A DNA stretch of 63,818 bases, counting the filler, from Asterionella formosa (lineage: Eukaryota): NCBI GenBank assembly GCA_002256025.1. It is 23 parts of 23 records of this genome, joined end to end, with 100 filler letters (N's around TTAATTAATTAA, not from the genome) between each part and the next. Parts side by side here need not be neighbours in the genome. Positions count along the whole stretch, not along the records: positions 11,950 to 38,244 come from NKIB01001765.1; 22 more parts are not named here. One strand, written 5' to 3'. Position 1 is the first letter of the stretch. Every line of letters starts with the position of its first letter. Both the position numbers and the translations under genes were made by a program. The notes beneath the pieces were generated by a model. The model did not search any database, was not told where the DNA came from, and saw only the letters and a list, made by a program, of their open reading frames with translations. Shown here one piece after another: positions 24,756 to 37,274 of this stretch.

Positions 24756-25694
24756 CTACAACCATCTATGACTTCCAGTGACTTTCTTCAAGGATTCTCC
24801 TTCGTACCCTGCAGGCAAAATAGTATGATGATTCCCGGATGGCAATGGATTCGTTGGTGCTGCTCCTCGAGTGATCCACATGCTATTCTCTCCTCGTATC
24901 GGCCATACACGACAAATGACCCGTCCAACAAGTAATGCCATTGGCAATGGTCCATAATCACGTGAATCACTTGAATTCCGAGGATTATCCCCTTCTAACC
25001 AAAAGTGTCCATCAGGAATCAAAAGAAGATTTTTGCTGTTGCGGTTTCGTTGTTGTTGTTGAATGATGGATCGTGGTGGTGAAACAAGTATATCTCCAGC
25101 AAGTCCAAGAACACGTTTACAGACAGTTCCAGCCTTATCAGGGTGTTGTACAACTACAACATCTCCAACTTGGATAGAAGACGTAAGCTGATTCCAAGTT
25201 TGTTTCCATCTATCCTCTTTTGGAATTGCATCCACTGGTATCATGATTTGATACCATTGAACGGGTTCATCTATTGAAGTAGCAGCAGAACTGTTGCTAG
25301 CTTCAAATTCCATTTGTTTTTGTCTTGCCTGCCTGGCACGAATCATGCCATCATAAGGAGTAGTATTTCGCCACAATCTTGGGGTACATTTATCTACAAG
25401 AATAATTTCCCCCCTGGGTTGGATGGTCGGCATCATGGATGGACCTTCACATAGTACCAATTGAAATCCATATTCAGAAATGATGTGAATGATACCAAGT
25501 GCTGTAGCAAGTCTCGTTAGGACGGATGGAATCCAAGAATATGGTGAGTCTTCATCGCCGTTAATGTGTTGTTGTTGTTGCTGCTGCTGCGACAGGAACC
25601 GTCGTTGTTGAGAATAATAAAAGTGGCGAGACAACGGAATCTGTTGTCTTACAGAGCAAGTTCGTATCAGCATCATAGGTGTTACCATTGCCAT
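24756..25694 (-). CDS. IMP1: Mitochondrial inner membrane peptidase subunit 1 (peptidase S26)
   Basis: Catalytic Ser in CEGPSMMPT, Lys in VCKRVLGLAGD, and IPDGHFWLEGDNPRNSSDSRDYGP. The N-terminus resembles a presequence; the first ATG is at 25694. Confidence 0.9.
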   Translation of the reverse strand: MAMVTPMMLIRTCSVRQQIPLSRHFYYSQQRRFLSQQQQQQQHINGDEDSPYSWIPSVLTRLATALGIIHIISEYGFQLVLCEGPSMMPTIQPRGEIILVDKCTPRLWRNTTPYDGMIRARQARQKQMEFEASNSSAATSIDEPVQWYQIMIPVDAIPKEDRWKQTWNQLTSSIQVGDVVVVQHPDKAGTVCKRVLGLAGDILVSPPRSIIQQQQRNRNSKNLLLIPDGHFWLEGDNPRNSSDSRDYGPLPMALLVGRVICRVWPIRGENSMWITRGAAPTNPLPSGNHHTILPAGYEGESLKKVTGSHRWL

Positions 25695-26481
25695 TCGGTA
25701 CAATATATATACCGGTGCGTATACCACCGGTCAGTATTTTCGGAAAGTTTTGTGTCTTCGAACTGCACTTCAGAGGAATGGATGATTTGGGCTGGTCTAC
25801 TGCGATGCATAATAAATAGTAAGACCTCGAGTACGGATACCAGCAAATTGCGTCAATTTTGCTGATCTAAAGATTTAGCTAGATGTATCATAGATTAAAT
25901 TGTCAATTTAATATTTAATGTGGGATAAAGAAGGCTAAAGTTTAGGGTCAGCACGTTTACCGGACCAACTTCCAGGCTGTACCTGGTACCTGTTACCTGT
26001 TTACCAATACTGGTATCAGCTCCATACCAGGTTCCGGTACCTGGTAGACTACCGGTACCAGGTACCCTGATTCCACTACCAGTACATACTTGTTACCGGT
26101 AGGTTTTTTTTGCTGTAGTCTTTTTTCTAGTAAACCCTAAGATATCCGGACAATATTTACATGCAATAGCGGTGTAACTTCGACGGTAATAATAAAATCA
26201 TCATGGGTGATGGCATCGTCATCAGCTGTCACCTTGGTCATTGCTCATGATCGACTCGCATCCACAGATCAAACCACGCCTGTAACAAACGTACGTACAA
26301 AAGGATCAATAATTATTTCCTTTCCTTTCCTTGCCTATTACATTACTAGATCATATATAGCCACTGCTAAAATAACTGTGGTAGACTAGCCTGAACGGTT
26401 CAAGGCTCGATACATTCAAAAACTTTCACCCCCACCCCCTCCCTACGGACTCTTTCCCAGTCACCTTACGCATTTATTAGA

Positions 26482-27390
26482 ATGGGCCGAACAGCAGAAA
26501 ATGCCAGTGAAGAAATTCCCGCGCTCATCAAAGTTTGGCTCATCCTGTACCATGCTGTCCCAAAGGTTTACCTACCCAACACCAAGATTGATATATCCTT
26601 CATGGTAGCATGTGGAACATTCCTCTTTGGCGTAAAGCTCTTCTTTCACCGTCTCTTGGAAACAGTCTTCCAATGGCCAACCAACTCTGAAATTACATGG
26701 GACGCCGCAGCATCCATGACGGGGGTCTTTCATTCACTAAATCTATTGCCTCCACTTTGGATGCTCCTTCGTTCACAACCCTACAACCCTTCAGGTCCCC
26801 TCCATGCACATCCACAATGGTGGCAAGATGCCTCCCAGGCCCTATTGCAACTTACGACAGGATACATGATATACGATATGATTGTCAACATTATCGCCTT
26901 GCGGTGGGTTGCGGGTCATGGTCCTACACTGACTTCCACAGATTATCTGTTCTTAGGTCACCACTTAGCAACGATGATATACATGACATCGACACGTATG
27001 TTTCAAGCAGGACATGGATCGGCCATGGCATGCATGTGGTTGGGAGAAGCAACGAATCCACTCTTTAATTCATACCTTGTTACGAATTTGGCCAAGACTG
27101 TATTTTCTACTACAACTGCTACAACCACGACTGTTATGCAAGGGATTGAAATTTCGTGTGCCTTGCTCTTTGTATTCATCCGGGTATTTCTGTCTCCATT
27201 GATCTTTTTGCACATGACATACGATTTAGTATCGAGTCAAGATGCACGAACGCACATTCCCGTTGCCATGAGAATTTTATGGGTTGCAATGATTTGGGGT
27301 GTTGTCTTTGGCAGTATTCCTTGGGTGTATGATTTTGTTGACATAATCAAGTCATATTATATCGGAACATCAGTGAAGGAAGAACTATGA
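26482..27390 (+). CDS. TLC (TRAM/LAG1/CLN8) domain membrane protein
   Basis: Multiple TM helices with TTGYMIYD, FLGHHLAT, GEATNPLFN and FVFIRV. Confidence 0.85.
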   Translation: MGRTAENASEEIPALIKVWLILYHAVPKVYLPNTKIDISFMVACGTFLFGVKLFFHRLLETVFQWPTNSEITWDAAASMTGVFHSLNLLPPLWMLLRSQPYNPSGPLHAHPQWWQDASQALLQLTTGYMIYDMIVNIIALRWVAGHGPTLTSTDYLFLGHHLATMIYMTSTRMFQAGHGSAMACMWLGEATNPLFNSYLVTNLAKTVFSTTTATTTTVMQGIEISCALLFVFIRVFLSPLIFLHMTYDLVSSQDARTHIPVAMRILWVAMIWGVVFGSIPWVYDFVDIIKSYYIGTSVKEEL

Positions 27391-27577
27391 GGAAGAGACT
27401 GGAAGCACATGATGATTGTTACTATTGGCTCAAAGATAATCACACCAGGACGAATAACTGGGAATTTTATTATTTCGTATCAACTGTTCGTTCAACTGTT
27501 TTCTCTCTGCATTCGCACAAACCGTCTACGCTAGGCGTCGTTAGTCTTTATTATTTCGTCCCAACTCTGTGCGACTA

Positions 27578-29056
27578 CTACTGCTGCTGCTGCTGCTTCA
27601 CGGGACGAGTCATGATATCATTCACATACTTGAGAAGCATTTGGTCAAGTTTGGCTTGAGGATCGTAAAGAGGATTGATTCCTTGCTTTTCATCAAGACC
27701 GGACATTAAGTGATTCACATCACGGTGTTCTGCTTCGTCCGCACGCACTGCCTTGATCATATCAAGGATAGTTCCATGTTCACCCAACTTCCAATAGGAA
27801 ATTGCAATGTTTGGAGCACGCTCGTGTTTCCATTGAGCCAATTCCGATCCTTCAGGAGCACTATCAATGGCAGCAATGATGCGAGTGTACGTGTGCACAG
27901 CTTCTTCTTCAATGTACCCAACAAAGCGATGGCAAAATTTGGGCGAAATCATGTACGCCAACAAGAAGAAAGTTCCAAATCCAAATTGGCCACCAATGAC
28001 AGCAGCACGGAAAAAGCGATTGGGGTCCTTCATTTGGACAAAGGTCAAGAGGTGCATGCGTTCGTTGTTGGCCTCTTCCAAAAACATTTGAAGCATACCT
28101 CCATCACGTTGCATGGCACGAAGAGATTTGAAATGACGTACAATGGCAGCCACCATACCGGGGACTGCAGCAACAGTCTCAAGGAAAATGACACGATTCA
28201 GTACCTTGTCGGTAGTGATTTGGTCATTGCGCCATCCAGTGGCGGTGTCAAAGAAAAATCGGACCGCCTTGACCGCATTGAATGCAATTTTGTCCCCAAT
28301 AGTGGAAGGCATTACATGGGTAATTTTGACGTCGAGTTCCTCCTCTGTGTAGTGTCCATGTGAGATTTTGGTGGTGTTGAGATATTCTAGTCCACAACGG
28401 CCAACGCCAAGGGGATGACGGTCTGTCTCCTTAAAGTGGTTACCATCGTCGACTGCAGTACTTTTCGTCTTGTCATTGTTGACCGTGACGAAATCGATGG
28501 CCTCAATGAAGCGATCAAAAGTTACGCTACCACCAGCCTTCCCGGCGTAAAACAACTCCCCAATCTCAATAATCTCTTCGTCCGAGAATGCAGAGTGCTT
28601 GCGAAGGAGCTTCTTTAGCTCAGCCGCATCAATCCTGTATTAATAATAATAACAATTGATGCTTTTCGATCAGAAATGGTCTGCGCTAAAAAGCTGTTTG
28701 AATTTTCAGCACAGGAAGTGATGAACTTGCCTTCCGTCGTTGTTCTGATCCACCGCCAAAAGCTCTGCTTTGATTTGACGAACGACTGCCATATCTAGTG
28801 CTTTCAACGTCTTGGTAACGTATCCTCGTTGCCCACTGATTGGTTCTGAATCAACAACGTTTGGATCGAAACTACCAGCTGCTGCTGATGCCATTGTGGT
28901 GGAAAACTGGTGCGGAGGCACTGCGCTGTTTCTCAATGCAGAGTTGTTGTTGCCAATGGCATCAACTAGTACTGGTGCTCCTTGAACTGTAAAGGTACGG
29001 TGCAATAGATGAAGTGCAGGGCGCCTTACGGCGTTGCGAGTAAGGGTTGAAATCAT
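27578..29056 (-). CDS. AOX: Mitochondrial alternative oxidase with N-terminal EF-hand (exons 29056-28731 and 28634-27578)
   Basis: Di-iron motifs LETVAAVPG, EEANNERMHL, GYIEEEAVHTY and RADEAEHRDVNH. Presequence MISTLTRNAVRR. A 96-nt GC-AG intron creates DQNNDGRIDAAE. Confidence 0.95.
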
Positions 29057-30199
29057 GTTGATTTTCGTGGATGCAAGTGATCGGCTGTGATGTTGTGTGA
29101 AATTTGTGACCAGAGGCACAAGCAAGAGCTATATGTACTCCTACCATAAATGGATCTATAATGTTGCACATTCCATGTGTTTCTTCAGGAGTGACGATGT
29201 GGCATCTTTCTTGAGCGATGCAAAGCAAAGAACGTGCGCGTCTCATACGTGCATATTTGGGGAATGAGCAAGAAGGACAAATACATTTTTGCGGTAGTCC
29301 CTGGTATTATTGAATCGTTGTTGCATTACAATTATAGGCCTCTTTCGTCTTGTTCGACAGAAGTTACCGCCATGTATTCCCTGTAGGTATACCGGGGTAC
29401 CGTAGGCACATTAGTAGCTAATGCATCACCGGTATGATTTGATTTCGTGTTTGCTCGTCCTGCGCGAGCAGTCAGTCCACCACGACTGGATCAGTTTGAA
29501 CGAACGTGCTCTGTATAACGGTAAATACTAGAGAATCAAGATTCCCTTGTCCCGCCTGTCATCATCAATGGATTTGGGTGGTCAGACATGCATACTGGTA
29601 CCTGGTAGCATGGTAACTGGTAACGTTTTGAACTACTATTACTACTTGTAGAATTTTTGGTAATTTGTGTACCGGTAGCTAAGTTACGACGTGTGACTGA
29701 CTACTGGTACCGGTATTTGTGTTCCAAGAAACCCGGACATGGAAGGACTCGGAGGACTCAAATACAGTAGTTCGCCCTGTTCTGACCGATGTACCGACTG
29801 GGTGGGGGGAGGGATTGTTAAAAATTGGCCTGGACTGAATGGCATAGAAGCCTTCACATGGCCAATTCGAATTGAATCCACAAAATAATGAGATAACTAA
29901 ACTGAGCCGAATCCGTAATTGTAAAACCCTCTCCTGCCACTTGGCTAGCCCTTCAACCATCACATCCGCTTCTTTGCAGGACTTAGATGAGAGGCAGGGC
30001 AAAATGTCAGATTTTACTTGGGAGTGTGCTCGGCTGCACATATTTCCTCATTTGACTTTGCCTTACATCTCACCTACAAAGCTGAAGACATACAAATGTT
30101 TTTATGCGTATACCGGTATACGAATCAGGAGTCCATATGTAAGAACGTCATTGACGATATTGTCTTACTGTGCTCCTTGCTGCACAGCAGGAAACGAAA

Positions 30200-32240
30200 G
30201 TACCCTGCCTGTATTGGCAATTTTTTATATGCTTTCAACCGGTTTTCGTCCTCGAAATCCAGCATACCTTGTATTGGGCGTCGCAACTTTTCCAATACAA
30301 GGTATCAGTCATTTGATTTTTTCCAATACAAGGTGATATACCATTCCAATACAAGGTCCACCTTGTATTGGCAAAAGGTTGGTTTGTCAAGTCCAATACA
30401 AGGTGAAAACATATCTGATTCTCACTCCAATTCAAGGTATTCCTTTATTTGTCTTGAGAATATCATCCAATACAAGGTATTCCCTGTATTGGGCTCTCTT
30501 TATTTCCCAATACAAGGTGGTGACATTGTGCAATTCAAGGTTTCCCCTGTATTGCGTTTTGGCTGTACTACGTATCCCAATACAAGGTCATGAGTTCCAA
30601 TAAAAGATGATGGTTGCCCCTGTATTGGGTTTTGGCTGTACTAGTTCGTCATATCCCAATTCAAGCAAGGTCATGAGTTCCAATAAAAAGTGAACAGTTC
30701 CAATACAAGGTGACAATATTTTCCAATTCAAGGTTGCCCCTGCATTTGGTTTTGGTGATACTACTATGTCTCATCCCAATACAAGGTCATAACAAGTCCC
30801 CATGCAAGGTGACAATATTTTGTAATTCAAGGATGACTCTGGCTGGTGTATTAGCTAGTCTATAGTGCTGGTAAAGTGTACATACAATTTCATATGATAG
30901 TATGATGCATGTTGATAAAACCGTTTTTTTATTAATATGATCATTCAGTAGTAATGTATACTTTCAAAATTTTCAAATTGGCTGTGGGTCTGCAATGCGT
31001 ATTGATCATATAAAACTGTCTTTTTGTGTTTCATATTATCATACAGTAATGATTAATGTGTCTGGCTGGCATTTGATATGTTCTCGCTCAAATTACTCTG
31101 TACTGGCTGGCTGTGTATAATAGCATAATATATATATATATGTATACCACTGGGAAATCATCACTGAATCAACGCTATGTTTTGACATCACAAAAGTTAA
31201 TATTACCTCCAAGTTATAATTCTTATCCCTTACAACGATGTGCAGCAACCATTGTCTCATTGTTTCACTCCTCGCTCATTTCCACCAGTTGAACGGGTAA
31301 TGTACACAAAAATAGGTAAGGTGCCCCAATAATTAAGTAATTCAAATTGTTTTACGCTATAGCATATAGGTCCTTCGACTTTATTGCCTGTGCATTATTT
31401 CTCACCTATCATCGTGATTCTGTTCAGTTCAGGAGTGCTTCAGAGACAAAATCTCTATCTCGATTTTCCTTGTTCTTTCGGTGCAATTGAAAGATCAGTG
31501 AATTGTAGAGTGATTATTGGAAAGGAAACAGTCAGATCCGGTTGTTTCATGAAAAATGATGTAAGTAGTCCAAATTGGTGAAGGTTTTTGTCATTGTATT
31601 TTTTGTGAATACAATTTCTCAATCATGCTCTTGCTTCTGTCATTGAAGTGCTTCACTTTTAACATCATTCAGGGCGTTCCAATTCGAATTGGCTGATGGT
31701 AAATGATAAGTGAATTGCGATGATGGCAATGCTTGGGCTCGATTTTCAACAGATGATTCAAAAATTTTCAGAATTATCAGCTGCTGCAGGACTCAATAAC
31801 ACACTATTATAGTTATTAGTTCGCTATTAACCTTAAAATGATTATTCTCAAGCTGTTATGGGTTTCGCAAATGACTTACTGGGTCCAAATCAAGGTTCTC
31901 CTTGTATGTGCATTTCCAAAACAAGGTATACCTTACATTGGAACTGATGATCTGATTGGTTAAACAATGCAACAAGGTGGATGCGATGTAGTAGAACTAA
32001 TTCAAGGTTAACCTTGTATTGGAAATTAAACCCTATTTCTAGGAATTTATTCATGCCTTGTATTGGAAAGAAATTCCGTTCATTTCGTGGAATACCTTGT
32101 ATTGGAAAAAATGGTTTTTTCTTTGTATTGGCAAGAGCATGGATTCGCAACCCTAATGAAAAAGCTAGCCACTACAAGGTCACCCTTGTTTTGATAAATT
32201 ACCTATTTTACGTTGCATTGGATTCCAATGCAATATATTT
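30200..32240. mobile_element. Decayed element with inverted subterminal CCAATACAAGG arrays (copy 2)
   Basis: More than 15 CCAATWCAAGG-like motifs at 30210-30830 and mostly reverse CCTTGTATTGG motifs at 31900-32230. It shares GTGCTGGTAAAGTGTA, ATGGGTTTYGCAAATG and CTGATGATCTGATTGGTT with copy 1. Confidence 0.7.
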
Positions 32241-33129
32241 TCTTTTCCTATTTGGATATGATGCATGCATAGTATGAAGAAACAACAGAAAGCAAGAGGA
32301 GGCCTGGTAGTCAACCTAGGTACCTGGTACTGAAATTGCTGATGTACTGCCGACAGGTGGAGAAATTTGCGAGAAAGCAAAAGAATAAAAAATTACAACG
32401 GGCGGGGTCTATTACTCTTCCGAGAGTTTCATAGTACCAGCAAGTTGTCGTAATTTTGCTCTATGATCTAGTTCCATTTACGACTTCATCCCGGCAATAC
32501 TGATTCAAATTCCAAATTGATAACCTGTGTCTCTTCATGATATGATCCATTTAATGAACCAACCCGGCCCGCTTGTTGTTCGAATGTAATTTTAGCTTTA
32601 ATCTGATTTAGCCTAAAATATTGAGACCAATCTGTTTTGCTTATTCTGCCATTTACTTCCATTGGTTTTGCTTAATGTAGGACCATTTTGCTTAGAGTAG
32701 GTTTGCTTAAAGTAGTAATTTTGTTTATTGTGAATCGTTTCAACGCAGCTGTTCTCAGACCCACCTTGACCTAGCTACATCATCATACTGTTGCTAATTA
32801 CATACTGAATACCGTTGAACATATGTTATAAGATGAAGTGAACAACGCATATTGCATACTGGTAGATATTATAAGTATGACTGGATTAATGCACATAAAA
32901 TGAAATACACGAGATGGCACGCATTTGATCTGGAATATAACTATTTAGCTGGAATAATGCAATTCTTTTGTATATAGAATACGCTACTATAGAGTAGTAA
33001 CTGGAGAATCCTTCATCATGATTGATGAAAATAGCGAGTATCTCGACGAAAAATGAGAACAACGCTTTCCTGTTTGATACATATATCAAACACGACATAG
33101 AAAGTACAATCATAAAAGAACAATTCTAA

Positions 33130-33183
33130 TAACACTAAAAGATGCGCAATTTTAAAAACACTAAAAGATGCGCAATTTTAAAT
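33130..33183. repeat. 27-nt tandem duplication
   Basis: AACACTAAAAGATGCGCAATTTTAAA occurs twice in a row. Confidence 0.85.
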
Positions 33184-34173
33184 GATGATCCTATGAGCAG
33201 ATATGACACTTTTAGATTAGCCACACAACAGATAAGACCACGACTGCTGCAGTAACATGAATAATCGAAGCAAAAGATCATGTGGAGTAATATTATTATC
33301 TGCTTGATTGCTGATTGCGAATTGGCAATTGTTTGTAAATATTCCTCATAGAAGCCGACAAATGTGAAGCATACACTCCAGTATGATGTCGTCAAAACTA
33401 TCAGAAATGCCCTATTATGCATAGTTGTAGTAATGTGCAGAAACCCATTCCTTTTAACCGCTACATATGAATCCCGGTCTACTGCATCATACTCAAAATA
33501 GCACTTGCATCGAAAATTCAAATTTCTCTGAGGCCATTTTGACTCCTATGATTTTCTCCTCCTTAATTGACCTATTGTGCGGCTTGCTCTAGGCTACAGA
33601 TCCATGTATATAGTAATATCACTGCTGGTTCTTTAAATCCAGAACAAAGGATAGGTGGTTTTACCACTTTGGCCAGAAAAGCCCACCGATTTTGGTGACT
33701 TCAGAAAATTGCACACGGATGGTAATGGTCTGCTAGGATCTGATTTGGATGCGTGGACATTGTCAAAAGCCTTACTTAATTAAATGATGCTGTTGGGTGG
33801 ATTTCGGTCTGCCAATCCACCATTCTGTTATGAAGTTTGAGACTCTGCAAGTGATTGAATGAGAAGCTGGTGATTTCTGTCCATGATGTGTCAGAAGGCA
33901 GAATTCACGGATGACTACCGAAACAGAAAACGTGAAGTAGGACACCGATAGGAAAATTATTTTTGTCTTTTAATAAACATAGTAAAAATAATCACAGTGG
34001 CACTAAGCTAACGTCATGGCGATATAAAAAGATATCTCGCAGGATACCCGGTACTTCATATTTTTGGATGCTCGACCCTCGCATCAGCTCTCCTGCTGCC
34101 TCTCATCACGCCAACCATCGCGGCCCAGCAACAAGCATTGTACCCCATCTTCTATCTACATCATATATAAAGA

Positions 34174-37100
34174 ATGCAGGAACAACCGCATCGAAACCCA
34201 GTCGTGGCGTCGCTTGCCAATCCATCCCAGCATCCTTATTCTTCCATTGCGCTATCGCCAGATCGAAGGCATGCAGTCGTTGCTGGGAAAGATACCTTAC
34301 GAGTCCTTTCCGTGGGTCCAAACGGACTTTCCGAAGTCCGAAGCGTCAGAATATCGCAGTGCTTCCAAGCATCAACATCCGATGCTGCCGACGTGCCAAC
34401 TACCAGCAAACGATTGTATGGCGATGTGAGAGATACATTCAATTTGTCCAAGCCACCGACGGCGCCGCAAAACAACTCGAATGCTGTTGTGACAGATGTG
34501 GCATGGTCATTGTCGCAATCCGATGATAGCGAAGTGATTGCTGCTGCGGGATCGAATGGAGTTGTGGTGGTGTGGGATGCAAATGATTTTCTGACAGCAG
34601 CGAACTCTGCCATGCTACTGGGCCCCGCACCAGAGGCCGTTCTGAGTCTACATTCAAGAGCTGTCAATCGATTGGCTTGGCATCCGTCGTCGAGTATGGC
34701 AGGATGCTTGTTGACGGCATCTCAAGATTCTACTGTCAAGTTGTGGATAAGAACAGTGGATGTCACCCCGTCGAAACTGCCAGAGGCAGGACTGCTGGCG
34801 TGGTTTGGAGGACCGCCTCAAGAAACACGTTTTTCCAATACCAAAAAACACAGCTACTCATGGACATGCACAGCGACATTTGCACCAAAGGCAGAAGCAG
34901 TGAGAGATATGCAGTGGTCTCCCTTTCATGATGACGTGTTTGCAATGGTGACAGATGGCGGATCGCTCATCATTTACAACATACATGTTTCAGGTAGACC
35001 GTGGATACGGATAGCAGCTCATGCGGGCGAGGCAACAACAGTAGATTGGCATTCAACCAAACCATATATCATTGCTACTGGTGGTGGGGGTGATCGAACA
35101 GTGAAGAGTAAGTCACAACAAAACAGTCAAATCAACTACTGATGTATCACGCAAAGTCTTGCAGTATCTAACAATTAGTATTATCTTTCAATTGATTCGA
35201 TTCTCCAGTTTGGGATTTGGAAAGCAAAATGGATCTGGATGTTATAGGAGGGAAAATTACTTTGTCACAGAATACGTTGACAACTCCATCAGAGCATAGT
35301 TGGTCAGTTGATAGTTCCAACGAAGACTCCAGTGGCCGGTTAATAGAGGGAATCCCGTCATCATCATCAATGGGCCATACTGCACAATTTAAATCAATGA
35401 CGTCATGGTCCAATGGGCTTTCAACACAACGGACAAGCAAGAGTTCGTTGGCCAACTTAAATTTAATTCATGTGCTATACATTTCAGCTTCAGTGACAAA
35501 AGTGATGTGGCGACCACCGACAGGCACCCATGTCGGAGTCGACATCCATGCCAGTATGCTGGCGGTCGCAACAGCTCCGATCAAAGGAGCCAGTGCCGGG
35601 GGAAATGGCTTACTGGGACTCTGGTCTTTTCATAGACCCTTCATGCCTCTCAGTGTTGTGGAAGGACATAAAGCTGGAGCAGTAACAGACTTTGTCTGGT
35701 TAGACACGCCGCAAAACGAAATCATGAAACGAAGACAGGAAGAGCATCAAGCTCTGGAAATGCAAAAATCCCCGATGCACCATGATCGATCGGTCCACCA
35801 CCTCCAATCTCCGGACCTTAGCAAGTTCTCAAAGCCGAACAAATTGAGACACATTAGCGAGGGTAATTTGAACGAAGAAAGTATCTCCTACCTGTCAACT
35901 GAGGGGACATGGCAACATGTACTCAGTGTTGGTAGGGATGGACAGTGCATTCTTCAGAGCTTTGTCCGAGGATTTCGTCCTATTTCGCTGGTTTCCCCTT
36001 CTTGCTTTGCCATGGCAAACTTGTCGCCATTTCAACGAGGATATGGCTCTTTACAAGTTTTCTCGGTTCACCAAAAGGTCCCATTGGGCCCCAAAGATGA
36101 TTTTCTTCTTACAGGGTTGCGTCGTGATTTAGCAACCGCAAGTGCCCCGGGAATCTTTCGCGAAATCCCGTTACCAATCACATCTCCAGAAGATGAGACA
36201 TCACATATTGTTTCCAATCAACGAATCCCAGGGTTGACACCAACACTAGTGTTCAATGTTATCGATCAGGGTGATCTTGATGATGACGAAAACCCTGTTG
36301 TCAATCAAGAAGCAATGACAATAGCCCCCGAGGTGGTTCATCTATCTCGATTCGCCAACTCCTACAAACTGTATCCAGACCAGAATTTGACGACAAGGGT
36401 GGACCTGTGCACTCATAATGCTGGCGTTGCACAGAGGTTACAGCTTCACTCTCTAGCTCACATGTGGAGAACTGTGGCATGCATTCTGAAAGGCGCAAAT
36501 TTGGACGTTTTGCCACCGCTGGGCTCGCCATTTAAGAATGCACTTCAATTTGCCCTTGCTCCAACTATGAAATCTCTATTGCAAGAACGGGCCGACGCCG
36601 GTGATGTACAGACATGTGTTGCCCTGTGTGAGCTCCTCGAGGTCATTGACACGGCAAGCGTGGAATCCAAAGAAACCAGAATCCCAGGCCTTGAGCTTAA
36701 CTTAGTTCGAGAATGGTACCTTTCTTACATCGATTTGCTCCAGCAAATGTGTCTCTTTTCACATGCTACCTTCCTTATCCGTAGCTGCAAGGACCCTTTT
36801 ATTGGAGCATTGAATCAGCAGTCCACAACGTAAGTGCACCAAGTAGGAAAGTTATTGTCTCTACTGTCCTTATGACTTACAATTTTTTGCTCTCCCTAAA
36901 GTATTCACGAATCTTGCCCCCACTGTGGCAAGCCGATTCCAGGCTCTGAGTGTGACCCTGTGGATAGTACAGGTGGTCCAGCCGTCGTGGCTCGTCGAGC
37001 CTGTCAAAGTTGTCGGCGGCGGATTGGAATGTGCTTTTTGTGCCATGAACCAGTAACTGGAGTTTTTGTATGGTGTCCTGGTTGTGGACATGGCGGTCAT

Positions 37101-37274
37101 TTAGATCACGCTCTGGAATGGTTTGGAGGTATGAGCGGGAATCCTGTTCGAGAAGTTTGCCCGACAGGGTGTGGACATAAGTGTAATCTTACACAGCAGT
37201 TGAATAGTTTCCCAAGGACGGAAAGTTTTTTTAAATGCATGGAAGTTGGTGGTTCTACTGGTAGTGTGGATTAA
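34174..37274 (+). CDS. WDR24: GATOR2/SEACAT subunit WDR24 (SEA2/RTC1); exons 34174-35107, 35209-36829 and 36902-37274
   Basis: N-terminal WD40 repeats (HSRAVNRLAWHP, AHAGEATTVDWH). GTAAGT introns at 35108-35208 and 36830-36901 restore VKIWDL and STTIHESCPHC. C-terminal Zn/RING region CFLCHEPVTGVFVWCPGCGHGGHLDH...CPTGCGHKC. Confidence 0.93.

Noticed and set aside
25941..26140. TTTAGGGT / AAACCCTAA telomere-like or telo-box motifs
   Set aside because: Single copies only; expected by chance and not an array.
27710..28363. 217-aa antisense ORF over AOX, and similar antisense ORFs over MVD, WDR24 and the LINE
   Set aside because: Shadow frames of real coding sequence with no recognisable motifs.
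14390..29056. Metabolic gene cluster (MVD, ABC transporter, TLC, AOX, IMP1)
   Set aside because: These are functionally unrelated housekeeping genes in mixed orientations, with no signature biosynthetic enzyme.
30200..30830. CRISPR array, or PIQG/QYKV repeat proteins (ORFs 29872-30603)
   Set aside because: The motif is only 11 nt, irregularly spaced and in both orientations; the ORFs are translations of the DNA repeat.
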